56,824 nucleotides of DNA from Rubrivivax sp. Lineage in GTDB: Bacteria > Pseudomonadota > Gammaproteobacteria > Burkholderiales > Burkholderiaceae_C. The translations under genes were made by a program, and so were the position numbers. The notes beneath the pieces were generated by a model. That model was given only the letters and a program-made list of their open reading frames with translations, did not search any database and was not told the origin of the DNA. This document shows, in pieces, positions 1 to 8,579 of the stretch; position 1 is the stretch's first letter, and each line of letters begins with the position of its first letter. The stretch covers positions 1 to 56,824 of the forward strand of contig JANOJR010000260.1 of NCBI GenBank assembly GCA_031418855.1. The letters run 5' to 3'.

Positions 1-681
1 CAGGCCTGGAGCCGGCATTGGCGCAGCGAGGTCTTTGCCGACCTCTGGGGCGTGCTGTGCTGCGGCCCGGCGTATGCGCTTACCTTGGCAGAACTGTTGC
101 ACGGCGCGCCAGGTGCCGCCCGTGAAGTGCAGCCTGACGCCAATGGCCGCTGGGGTGCCTACCCAACCCGCGCCTTGCGCCTGGGTGTGCTCGTGCAAGC
201 GCTGCGGGTGTTGAAGTTCGACAGCGATGCGCAGGGCATGCACAGCACTTGGCTCGCCGCCTGCCCGCAGCATGCGATGCCCGAGTTCGACGCTGACGTC
301 GCGCCCGTGGTGCAAGCGCTCATGAACACACCGCTGCGTGCCTTCGCGTCGGCCAACGGGGGCGTCGCACAGCCCTTGAGCTCGGTGCTGACATTCAGCG
401 CTGCCATGCACAAGGAAGCCCTGGCCGACGCGCAGCGCGCGCTGAGCCAGCGCCAGCCGCTGGCCCAAGACGTGCGCACGCTATTCGCCGGTTTGGCGTT
501 GGCGTTCTTGCAGTCGCCCGAAGCGTTCCGACGCGCGCATGCGCAAGTACGCTTCGTCGAGCGTTTGAAGACGCGCCGCACGCAAGGTGTGCGCGCGGCC
601 GCAACTGAAGTCGCGGCCGTGGACAAGGCGGCACGGCGACAGGCTGCGGCGGCGGCGCTGTTCGGCCTCACCGATCGCTGA
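1..681 (+). CDS. Hypothetical protein, 5' end outside the window
   Basis: Frame is open from base 1 (QAWSRHWRSEVFADLWGVLCCGPAY...) to TGA at 679-681. The W-x2-E-x-F-A-D-x7-G-P-A-Y segment looks conserved. Confidence 0.65.
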   Translation, partial: QAWSRHWRSEVFADLWGVLCCGPAYALTLAELLHGAPGAAREVQPDANGRWGAYPTRALRLGVLVQALRVLKFDSDAQGMHSTWLAACPQHAMPEFDADVAPVVQALMNTPLRAFASANGGVAQPLSSVLTFSAAMHKEALADAQRALSQRQPLAQDVRTLFAGLALAFLQSPEAFRRAHAQVRFVERLKTRRTQGVRAAATEVAAVDKAARRQAAAAALFGLTDR

Positions 682-751
682 GCCTGGGCGTTGCCTCGCA
701 GGGCGCGTTCGTTCAGTACCGGGCCGCCGTGAGGCGAAAATGCCGCGCATG

Positions 752-1125
752 GTGCGTCACGAAGCAAAGGCTCGGCTGAACCCGCAGGCGCGAATTGGAA
801 CTGCTGCATGCCGCGCATGCGGGGAGCAAGTACGCGGGCCGCAACATGAAGTGAAGCCCGCAGCCTCGACAGATTTGCAACCCGCAGTATGGAGCGCAGC
901 ACGCGTGCCAGGACAGGCGCGCAGCGTGAGAGGCCCGTCTGCGCGGGCCGGGTGGCGCCGAGCGACAACGTGCCACAACTGCAAAGGCAGCTCTGGGCCG
1001 CAGGTGCTGCGAGCCGACAGACCACGGGTAAGCCGTGTGCGGGGAAATCCGCAGGCCCGGTTTGAACGGGGGCGTTGGCTCTGAACCCGGCCTTCGCGTC
1101 GCGTAGGAGCCAACGACTACCAAAG
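752..1125 (+). mobile_element. ORF-less, internally deleted group II intron-like ribozyme
   Basis: 5' GTGCG consensus at 752. Domain V hairpin AAGCCGTGTGCGGG-GAAA-TCCGCAGGCCCGGTTT at 1030-1063 with AGC triad and GAAA loop. Domain VI stem CGTTGGCTC (1073-1081)/GAGCCAACG (1107-1115) with candidate bulged A at 1119. No RT ORF. 3' end uncertain (1123-1127). Confidence 0.8.
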
Positions 1126-1160
1126 ACGCTCTTCATCCAGTCGCCCTGGTAAGTGTTTCG

Positions 1161-2102
1161 ATGACGCATCGACCAAGGCACCCCCCACCCACCCGCCGCG
1201 CCGTACTTGCATGCGGCCTTGCCGCCAGCGTGATGGGCGCACGCGCGAGCTCGGCACAGGAGGCCAGCACCATGCAGACCCGCACCATCCCGTCGACCCA
1301 AGAGCCGCTGCCGGTGATCGGCTGTGGCACCTACCTCGGCTTTGACCAGGCGCCGGGCAGCAGCGGCTATGCCCAGCTGCCGGCGGTGGTGGACGCACTC
1401 TTTGCCGCCGGCGGCTCGGTGCTCGACAGCTCGCCGATGTATGGCCGCGCCGAGGAAAGCTTGGGCGAGATCCTGGCCACTGAGGGCCGCGCGAAGAAGG
1501 CCTTCATCGCCACCAAGGTCTGGACCCAGGGCCGCGACGAAGGCATCGGGCAAATGCGCGAATCGATGCGCCTGCTTCGCACCGAACCCGGCCGACCCAT
1601 CGACCTGATGCAGATCCACAACCTGGTGGACTGGAAGACCCACCTCGCCACCTTGCGCCGCTGGAAGGATGAAGCGCGTGTGCGCTACATCGGCGTCACC
1701 CACTACACGGCGTCGGCCTACCCGCAGCTTGAAGCCGTGCTACGCGCAGAAAAGCTCGACTTCCTGCAAGTCAACTACGCGTTCGACGACCGCCTGGCCG
1801 CCGAGCGGCTGCTGCCACTGGCGGCCGAGCGCGGTGTGGCCGTCATTGTCAACATGCCCTTTGGTGGCGGTGGCCTGCTGCGCGGCTTGCAAGGCAAAGC
1901 CTTGCCACCCTGGGCGGCCGAGATCGGCTGCACAAGCTGGGCCCAAGTGCTGCTGAAGTTCGTGCTGAGCCACCCGGCCGTGACCTGCACGATCCCCGGC
2001 ACGCGGCGGCCCGAGCACATGCAAGACAACGCCAAGGCTGGCCTGGGGCCGGCGCCCGAGCCCGTGTTCTGGCGCGACAAGTCAGTGTCTTTTGGGAGTT
2101 AG
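1161..2102 (+). CDS. Aldo/keto reductase with a Tat-like N-terminal signal
   Basis: IGCGT, DSSPMYG (catalytic D/Y), ATKVW, DLMQIHN, IPGT motifs. N-terminal TRRAVL followed by a hydrophobic stretch. Confidence 0.9.
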   Translation: MTHRPRHPPPTRRAVLACGLAASVMGARASSAQEASTMQTRTIPSTQEPLPVIGCGTYLGFDQAPGSSGYAQLPAVVDALFAAGGSVLDSSPMYGRAEESLGEILATEGRAKKAFIATKVWTQGRDEGIGQMRESMRLLRTEPGRPIDLMQIHNLVDWKTHLATLRRWKDEARVRYIGVTHYTASAYPQLEAVLRAEKLDFLQVNYAFDDRLAAERLLPLAAERGVAVIVNMPFGGGGLLRGLQGKALPPWAAEIGCTSWAQVLLKFVLSHPAVTCTIPGTRRPEHMQDNAKAGLGPAPEPVFWRDKSVSFGS

Positions 2103-2160
2103 CACTTGGGCGGGTGGGTGGCTGGTAGGCCAAGGTGGCCGCCCGCCATTTGCACACCCA

Positions 2161-2418
2161 TCACCCTCCACTGAGCGCCAACACCACGGCCACAAAGTCG
2201 CTGGCTTGCAGGCCATGCTGAAGCTCACGCACGCCGATGCCGTTGACGAAGATCCGCATGTTCGGCCGCAGCTGGCCTTGCTCGTCGACGACACGAAAAC
2301 GCAGGCCGGGGTAGCGGCGGTCGAGGTCTGCGAACAGCGCGTCCAGCGTGTCGCCCACGGCATCGACGTGGGATGCGCGTGTGTACGAGCGCAGCGCCCC
2401 GGGGATCAGCACCTTCAT
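2161..2418 (-). CDS. MoaD/ThiS family ubiquitin-like protein
   Basis: 85 aa, MKVLIPGALRSYT...IFVNG...LALSGG with C-terminal diglycine. Start trimmed to ATG 2418. Confidence 0.88.
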   Translation of the reverse strand: MKVLIPGALRSYTRASHVDAVGDTLDALFADLDRRYPGLRFRVVDEQGQLRPNMRIFVNGIGVRELQHGLQASDFVAVVLALSGG

Positions 2419-2431
2419 CGCGCCGGCGCTT

Positions 2432-3676
2432 TCATGGCAGGGCGGCCACTTCCACGGCGTAGATCTCTGGCAGATGGCGGGCGATGTTGGACCAGCGCGC
2501 GCCTTCATCGCGCCCGATCCACAGCTCGCCGCTGGTGGTACCCAGGTACAGCGCCGGGGTGGCCTGCGCGTCCAGCGTCATGGCCTGGCGTTTCACCGTC
2601 CACCAGGCCTGGCTCTCGGGCAGGCCTTGGTCTAAACGCTGCCATGTTTTGCCGCCGTTGCGCGTGACGTAAGCGGCCGGGCGGCCGTCGGGGCTGGTGC
2701 GCGGCCAGACCTTGGTGCCGTCCATCGGGAAGACCCACGCCACGTCCGCGTCGCGTGGGTGCACGACCATGGGGAAACCGATGTCGCCCACACGCTTGGG
2801 CATCTTGCTGCCGATGCGCTGCCAGGTGTCGCCGGCAGGGTCCGTCGACGTGTCGCTCGTTCGGTCAAGCCGATAGATGCCGCAATGGTTCTGCTGGTAC
2901 AACCGATCAGGGTTGCTGGGGCACAGGCGCACGCAGTGTGGGTCGTGGAAGGTGACGGTGGTGGCATCGAAGCCGTCAACCACTTGCAGGCCTTTGATCA
3001 GCGTGCGCCATGTGCGGCCAGCGTCGCGCGACTCGTGCACGCCGCCACCCGACATCGCGAAGTAGAGATGCGAGGCGTCGCGCGGGTCGACGATCACCGA
3101 GTGCAGCTTGGGCCCGTCGGGCGTGCCGTCTTGCGCCGAGCCCATCCACTCGCGGAACTGCGCGTCGTCGTTGACGGCCGGCAGCGGCGTCCAAGTCACG
3201 CCGCCGTCGTCGGAGCGAAACAGGCCTTGCGGCGAGGTGCCGGCGTACCAGGTGTCGCGCTCGCTGGCGTGCCCGGGGGTGAGCCAGAAGGTGTGGTCGA
3301 CCGAGCGGCCAGGCAGGCTGGCGGATCCGGTGGCAGCCGTGTCCGGTTCGGCAGGTTTGGAAAACGCCGGTGGCTGCCGCGCCTCTTTCCAGGTGCGGCC
3401 CATATTGGTCGACCGAAAGATCGTCGGGCCCAGGTGACCGGTCTTGGCCGCTGCCAAGAGCGTGCGGCCGTCACGTGGATCCAGCACCACATGGCTGATG
3501 GTGTGGCCCAGGAAATGCGGGCCGTCGGCCGTCCATGTTTTGCGCCGGGCATCACCGTGAAAGAACCAGGCGCCTTTGCGCGTGGCCACGAAGATGACGA
3601 CGCGCGACGATGCCGCAAGTGCGCTGCGAGACGTGGCCTTCTTGGTGGTCGCGGCGGGGGTTGATGTCGGGCTCAT
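2432..3676 (-). CDS. BNR/Asp-box beta-propeller protein (sialidase-like fold), function unknown
   Basis: Repeated Asp-boxes (RSTNMGRTW, RSDDGGVTW, ESRDAGRTW, TRNGGKTW, RDEGARW). No signal peptide. Start overlaps the sigma factor stop. Confidence 0.85.
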   Translation of the reverse strand: MSPTSTPAATTKKATSRSALAASSRVVIFVATRKGAWFFHGDARRKTWTADGPHFLGHTISHVVLDPRDGRTLLAAAKTGHLGPTIFRSTNMGRTWKEARQPPAFSKPAEPDTAATGSASLPGRSVDHTFWLTPGHASERDTWYAGTSPQGLFRSDDGGVTWTPLPAVNDDAQFREWMGSAQDGTPDGPKLHSVIVDPRDASHLYFAMSGGGVHESRDAGRTWRTLIKGLQVVDGFDATTVTFHDPHCVRLCPSNPDRLYQQNHCGIYRLDRTSDTSTDPAGDTWQRIGSKMPKRVGDIGFPMVVHPRDADVAWVFPMDGTKVWPRTSPDGRPAAYVTRNGGKTWQRLDQGLPESQAWWTVKRQAMTLDAQATPALYLGTTSGELWIGRDEGARWSNIARHLPEIYAVEVAALP

Positions 3677-4998
3677 GGCGTGTCTCCTTCAGGCTGGGTG
3701 GTGTGCGCGCGGGCGAGCAGCAGCTCGCGCTCGCGCGCGTTGCGGGTAAGTTCGGCCGCACGCTGCCACATCGCGCGTGCCTCATGGTGGCGGCCCAGGC
3801 TTGCGAGCAGGTCAGCATGCACGCTGGGCAGCAGGTGGTACTGGGCGAGCTGGGGTTGCGACTGCAGCACTTCGACCAAGCGCAACGCGGCCGCAGGCCC
3901 ACGCGTGGGGCCGGGCGCGCGGCTCACCGCGACCGCGCGGTTGAGCTCGACCACGGGCGACGGTTGCACGATGAGCAGCGCGTCGTAGAGCGTGCAGATC
4001 AGCGTCCAGTCGGTGTCGGCGCTATGCGTGGCGCGCGCGTGGCAGGCGGCGATGGCGGCTTGCAGTGTGTACGGGCCGCGCGCGCGCGGTGAACTCAAGC
4101 CTTCGGCCTGCGCCAACGCGGCCAGGCCACGGCGAATCAGCAAGTAGTCCCACCGCGCGCGGTCTTGCGCCATCAGCAGCACCGGCTGGCCTTGCGCGTC
4201 GATGCGTGCATGCGTGCGCGAGGCCTGGATCTCAAGCAGGGCTTGCAGGCCATGCACCTCGGGCTCGCTGGGCGCGATAGCAGCGAGCATGCGCGCCAGG
4301 CGCAGCGCTTCGGCGCACAGCGCCGGGCGCATCCAGTCGTCACCGCTCGTCGCGGCATAACCTTCGTTGAAGACGAGGTACGTGACTTCAAGCACGCCCG
4401 CCAGGCGCTCGGCCAAGTGCTCGCGCGGCGGCAGATCAAAGGGCACACGGGCCTCGCTCAGCGTGCGCTTGGCACGCACGATGCGCTGCGCGATGGTCGG
4501 CTCGGCCACGAGAAAAGCGCGCGCGATCTCCGCCGTGCTCAGGCCACCCATCACCTTCAGCGTTAGCGCCACTTGCGCGTCGCGTGTGAGCACGGGGTGG
4601 CAGGCCGTGAAGACCAGGCGCAGCAAGTCGTCGCCGACGGGGTCGGCCTCGGCGGCGATGAGCAGCTCGGTCACGCTGGGCACAAACTGCGCCTCGCGCG
4701 CTTCGTCGTCGCGCGCCAGCGCTTCGTGCTCGGCGGCGGCCATGGCGCGATGGCGCAGCCAGTCCAGCGCTCGGCGCTTGGCGGTGGTGGTGAGCCAGGC
4801 GCCGGGGTTGGTGGGCACACCGCTATCAGGAAAGTCGCGCGGCCAATGTTCGAGCGCGGCCACCAGCGCGTCGGCCGCCAGCTCTTCGGCCACGCCCACG
4901 TCGTGCGTGAGGCGCGCCACGGCCGCGATGACCTTGGCGGCTTCGAGCCGCCACACGGCGCTGATGGCGCGGTGGGTCGCATCGGCGGCCTTCGGCAT
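3673..4998 (-). CDS. ECF sigma factor with C-terminal extension (YciI-associated, DUF6596/TPR-like)
   Basis: AEELAADA...W...NPGAWL region 2, LSTAEIARAFLVAEPTIAQRIVRAK region 4, DDLLRLVFTACHP, YLVFNEGY, SPVVELNRAVA. Start trimmed to ATG 4998. Confidence 0.9.
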   Translation of the reverse strand: MPKAADATHRAISAVWRLEAAKVIAAVARLTHDVGVAEELAADALVAALEHWPRDFPDSGVPTNPGAWLTTTAKRRALDWLRHRAMAAAEHEALARDDEAREAQFVPSVTELLIAAEADPVGDDLLRLVFTACHPVLTRDAQVALTLKVMGGLSTAEIARAFLVAEPTIAQRIVRAKRTLSEARVPFDLPPREHLAERLAGVLEVTYLVFNEGYAATSGDDWMRPALCAEALRLARMLAAIAPSEPEVHGLQALLEIQASRTHARIDAQGQPVLLMAQDRARWDYLLIRRGLAALAQAEGLSSPRARGPYTLQAAIAACHARATHSADTDWTLICTLYDALLIVQPSPVVELNRAVAVSRAPGPTRGPAAALRLVEVLQSQPQLAQYHLLPSVHADLLASLGRHHEARAMWQRAAELTRNARERELLLARAHTTQPEGDTP

Positions 4999-5066
4999 GG
5001 ATGTCAGCGGCCGTCGTAGGCGCGTTGAAGTCCGGCGATGTCGAGCTTCGTCATCATGTGCCTGGC

Positions 5067-5471
5067 CTACGCCTTCGGCGGCATGCCGCTCATGTAGACC
5101 AATTCCCAGATGTGTCCGTCGAGATCTTCGAAGCCATGGGCGTACATAAAGCCGGGGTCCTGCGCCACGCGCGGGGCCTTGCCGCCTGCGGCGATGGCCT
5201 TGGCCACGAGCGTGTCGACCTCGGCGCGGCTGTCGCAACTCAAGCACACCAGCACCTCGGTACTCTGGTGCGCATCGGCCACCGGTTTGTCGATGAAGGT
5301 CTTGAAGAAGTCGTGCACCAGCAGCATGGCGTAGAGATTCTCGCCAAGCACCAGCGCAGCGCCCTGTTCGTTGCTGAAGTCGGGGTTGAAGCTGTAGCCC
5401 AGTGCTGTGAAGAAGGCCCGCGAGCGGGCCATGTCGGCGATGGGCAGGTTGACGAAGATTTGGCGGTGCAT
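5067..5471 (-). CDS. VOC/glyoxalase family protein
   Basis: IFVNLPI, FNPDFS, FMYAHGFEDLDGHIWE motifs. GGAG RBS upstream. Confidence 0.9.
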   Translation of the reverse strand: MHRQIFVNLPIADMARSRAFFTALGYSFNPDFSNEQGAALVLGENLYAMLLVHDFFKTFIDKPVADAHQSTEVLVCLSCDSRAEVDTLVAKAIAAGGKAPRVAQDPGFMYAHGFEDLDGHIWELVYMSGMPPKA

Positions 5472-5480
5472 GGTGGCTCC

Positions 5481-5885
5481 TTAGGTGTGTTTGGACACAA
5501 AGTCATCGGCCTCGAAGAGCTGACGCACTTCAATCGTGCAGGCGCTGCCGTGTTGCGTTGGGTTGGGATAGCGGCGAGACCATTCGAGCGCCTCGTCGCG
5601 CGATCGGACCTGGATCAATGTATAGCCGGCCATCAAGGCTTGGGTCTGCGCGTCGGTCTGCGCTTGGGTATGGGCAAACGGCCCATCGACTGTGTGCCGC
5701 TCGCCGCTGCTGCCGATCTGCACGCGCCAGCCGTGCGCCGAGGCCTTGAGCCCCGCGCCATCGAGCAGCACACCGGCGCGCGCCAGCTCCTGGTGATAGG
5801 CGCCCATCTCGGCGAGCAGCGTCGCCGTCGGCATGACGCCGGCTTCGCTCTCGGCGGTGGCGCTGACGATGATCATGAAGCGCAT
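5481..5885 (-). CDS. YciI/DGPF family protein
   Basis: MRFMIIV...VDGPFA...EALEW...IEVRQ. AAGGA RBS upstream of ATG 5885. Confidence 0.9.
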   Translation of the reverse strand: MRFMIIVSATAESEAGVMPTATLLAEMGAYHQELARAGVLLDGAGLKASAHGWRVQIGSSGERHTVDGPFAHTQAQTDAQTQALMAGYTLIQVRSRDEALEWSRRYPNPTQHGSACTIEVRQLFEADDFVSKHT

Positions 5886-5908
5886 GGTTTGATTCCTTTC
5901 ATCGACAC

Positions 5909-5935
5909 GACGAACGACGGGCCGAGAAGTCGACA
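5909..5935 (-). promoter_or_regulatory. Putative ECF sigma-dependent promoter TGTCGAC-N16-CGTC
   Basis: Minus strand reads TGTCGACTTCTCGGCCCGTCGTTCGTC, ending 23 nt before the yciI ATG. It resembles the ECF41-type TGTCACA-N16-CGTC promoter. Confidence 0.65.
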
Positions 5936-6189
5936 GGCGGCGTGCGCGGATCGGGAAACTACCGAGTGTGGTGCGCTCGAAGTCCCAGCACCAATCCGTG
6001 TGGGGCAATGTCGGCTTCACCGTCGGGTGAACTCACAGGGTCGGCCACCAAGAGTCGCTCAGCACCGACTGCTTTGAAGGCGCCTACGTGGTCGAATGCG
6101 CTCCCCGATGTCTCTGCGGCAATCCCTGGGATGGTCGGTACGGTGCGGTCCCTAATCTGTCTCGTTCCTCTTCTAAACCGGGCCGTCCC

Positions 6190-7230
6190 TCAATGATCCC
6201 CTTCAGCGGGCGCCGGGTCGCTGAGGATGTTCGAGAACTTCCGCCGGTAGGCGGCGGGCGTCAGTCCGACTTCCCGCTTGAACAAGCGGCGAAAGAACGT
6301 GGGGTCCTCGTAGCCGACTTGGTAGGCCACATCGTCGATACCGCCGGCATCCTGCTCGATGACCCGCTTGGCCTTCTCGACCCGAACCGCGTGCACGTAG
6401 TCCATCGGCAGATGGCCGGTCGCGGCGCGAAACCGCCGCGTGAACGTGCGCCGGGTGAGCCCGGCGCGCTGGGTCATGGCCTCCACCGGATTGGCCTGGG
6501 CATAGTGCTCGGCGATCCACTCCTGGCTGAGCTTGATGGCCTGGTCTTCCCCCTGGATCTTCATCCCCATGTCGGCGAAGGGCAACTGGCCGTCTTCATG
6601 GCCCGAGAGCAAGTAGACCTTGGCCGTCTGCAACGCATGCTCCGGGCTGCAATAGCGGCTGATCAGCCGCAGCGCCAGCTCCTGCCAGGCCGTGACGCCG
6701 CCTGCGGTGATCACGCCCTCGGCTTCGCTGTCCAGGCGCAGGATCGAGTCGGCGCAGTAGTTCACCTTGGGGTACTGCCGGCGGAACAGCTCGCGATAGG
6801 CCCAGTGCCCCGCGCACTGGCGCCCATCGAGCAGGCCCGCCTCGGCCAGCACGAGCGAGCCCGAACAGACCGATCCGATCAGCGCGCCCTGGGCGTGCAT
6901 GCGCCGCAGCCATTCGATCTCTGCCGCGTAACGCCCGCGCGGCGCGGTGTCGATCGGCGTGTACATGTCGCAGACCACCGCAGCGTCCACGCGCTCGAGG
7001 TCGCCGATCGCCGAGTGGGGCTCGATCAGGATGTTGCCGAAGCAGCGGAAAGGCGCGGCATCGGCCGCCACGATCCGGATGTCGAGCAGCGGCTCGCCCA
7101 CTTGGCGGCCTGTCATGTCGGCGTACCCCGCGCCGACGGAAGCCAGCACGTCGTAGAGACCGAAGAGGACCGAGGGCGTCGTCTCCGGCGCGGCGAGCAG
7201 GGCGATCTTCGGCTTGATGTTCTGCGTCAT
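6190..7230 (-). CDS. GlxA family transcriptional regulator (DJ-1/PfpI domain + AraC HTH)
   Basis: SVCSGSLVLAEAGLLDG, HW, ITAGG, RTFTRRFRAATG, VGYEDPTFFRRLFKREVG. Confidence 0.92.
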   Translation of the reverse strand: MTQNIKPKIALLAAPETTPSVLFGLYDVLASVGAGYADMTGRQVGEPLLDIRIVAADAAPFRCFGNILIEPHSAIGDLERVDAAVVCDMYTPIDTAPRGRYAAEIEWLRRMHAQGALIGSVCSGSLVLAEAGLLDGRQCAGHWAYRELFRRQYPKVNYCADSILRLDSEAEGVITAGGVTAWQELALRLISRYCSPEHALQTAKVYLLSGHEDGQLPFADMGMKIQGEDQAIKLSQEWIAEHYAQANPVEAMTQRAGLTRRTFTRRFRAATGHLPMDYVHAVRVEKAKRVIEQDAGGIDDVAYQVGYEDPTFFRRLFKREVGLTPAAYRRKFSNILSDPAPAEGDH

Positions 7231-7361
7231 GGGTTCAGCCTGCCTGACGAGTGGTGTCGTATTTGACCCGATCTTGTACCAATCGGCTCTTCTCGTCACC
7301 CATGGGCAAGGCTACGGTTCAGCGCACGGCAACTTCGCCGCCTCCTACAGGAAGACGCTCG

Positions 7362-8579
7362 ATGAACACCCCCTTGAACAGGAACCGCCGCTTCTTCGCC
7401 ACCGCGATCGCTGCCCTTGTCCTTGTCACCGCTTGCGGCGGCGGTGGTGACGATGGCCGCGCATCGACCGCTGGCACCCGTGCGACTGCGCTGAGCGCTG
7501 AGCGCAGCCCCGGCAGCAAGCCCAAGGGCTCCGTCGTCGTCACGACCTACGCGACCGGCCTCACCAGCCCTCGCGGTCTGGCCTTCGGTCCGGACGGCGA
7601 TCTCTATGTGGCGGAAGCCGGTACGGGCGGCCCGTTGGCCCCGCTGGGCACGGCCGAATGCCCGACCCACATCAACATCTACAGCCCCTACACCGCCGGC
7701 TACAGCGGCCGCGTGCTGCGGCTGCTGCCTGACGGCAGCAAGCAGACGGTCGCCGACCGCCTGCCCAGCATGACCGACGCGTATGGTGGCAACTACGGCC
7801 CCACCGATCTGGCCTTCGTCAACGGCGCGCTTTACGTGTTGATCGAAATGGGCGGCTGCTCACACGGCCTGCCCGGCAGCGATGCCGCGATCCTTCGCAT
7901 CAACCCGGACGGCTCGACGACCCAGGTCGCGAACCTCAGCGCCTGGCTCGCCGCCAACCCACCGCACTTCATCAAGGACACGAACCCGGCCACCACAGAC
8001 CTTGAGCCCGGCGGCGTGTTCCACTCGATGATCAACCACCGCAACGAGCTCTACGTGGTCGAAACGAACCGCGGCATGTTGGTGAAGGTCAACCCGGCGA
8101 CCGGTGCCATCGGTCTGGCCTACGACATGTCGCGCGACAACAAGGAACACAACCCGATCGTGATGACGCAGGATCGCGGCAGGTTCTATGTCGGCACTTT
8201 TGGCGAAGACGGTGGGCCGTCCGAACTGGCGGTGTTCAAGAATGGCTTCGCGGGCTACACGCTGCCATTCAAGTCGCGCAACCCGATCGTCGGGCTGGCG
8301 TGGCAACGCGAGAGCTTGTACGCCGTCGAGATCTTCCCGCACGACGAGGCGTGGACGTCGGACAACGCGAATCTGGTGTCGTTCAATCCGGCGACGGGCG
8401 AGCGCAAGGAGCTTGCCGTGAAGTTCGCCAACCTGCCCAACGGGCTGGTGGTCGGGCCCGATGGGGCGCTCTACACATCGAACCTCACCCTCAGCGCGAC
8501 GCCTGGGGATGGCAGCGTGCTGCGCATCGAGTTGCCGCGCAGCGCCGCAACGTCGCTGGGCGCAGAAGGCGCTCGATGA
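7362..8579 (+). CDS. ScyD/ScyE-like beta-propeller lipoprotein
   Basis: GLTSPRGLAFGPDGDLYVAEAGTGG and PNGLVVGPDGALYTSN repeats. RRFF twin-arginine motif and lipobox VTA-C. AGGAAG RBS before ATG 7362. Confidence 0.8.
   Translation: MNTPLNRNRRFFATAIAALVLVTACGGGGDDGRASTAGTRATALSAERSPGSKPKGSVVVTTYATGLTSPRGLAFGPDGDLYVAEAGTGGPLAPLGTAECPTHINIYSPYTAGYSGRVLRLLPDGSKQTVADRLPSMTDAYGGNYGPTDLAFVNGALYVLIEMGGCSHGLPGSDAAILRINPDGSTTQVANLSAWLAANPPHFIKDTNPATTDLEPGGVFHSMINHRNELYVVETNRGMLVKVNPATGAIGLAYDMSRDNKEHNPIVMTQDRGRFYVGTFGEDGGPSELAVFKNGFAGYTLPFKSRNPIVGLAWQRESLYAVEIFPHDEAWTSDNANLVSFNPATGERKELAVKFANLPNGLVVGPDGALYTSNLTLSATPGDGSVLRIELPRSAATSLGAEGAR

Noticed and set aside
587-1123. Small ORFs overlapping the intron-like element as a possible maturase
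   Set aside because: No RT (YADD) or maturase motifs. The region is better explained as structured RNA.
159-1703. 514-aa minus-strand ORF, and similar long ORFs at 20489-22753, 35612-37501 and 53578-55992
   Set aside because: Antisense shadows of well-supported genes in high-GC DNA, with no recognisable motifs.
2109-2147. Hairpin between convergent AKR and Ubl genes as a terminator
   Set aside because: Imperfect stem, long loop and no clear U-tract.
2161-2418. Molybdopterin or thiamine biosynthesis locus
   Set aside because: No moaE, moeB, thiG or thiF nearby, so only the fold family is supported and no gene symbol is given.
7362-8579. Scytonemin biosynthesis cluster
   Set aside because: No scyA/B/C or aromatic amino acid pathway genes alongside. 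The ilvB-like gene belongs to a different operon and looks like AHAS.
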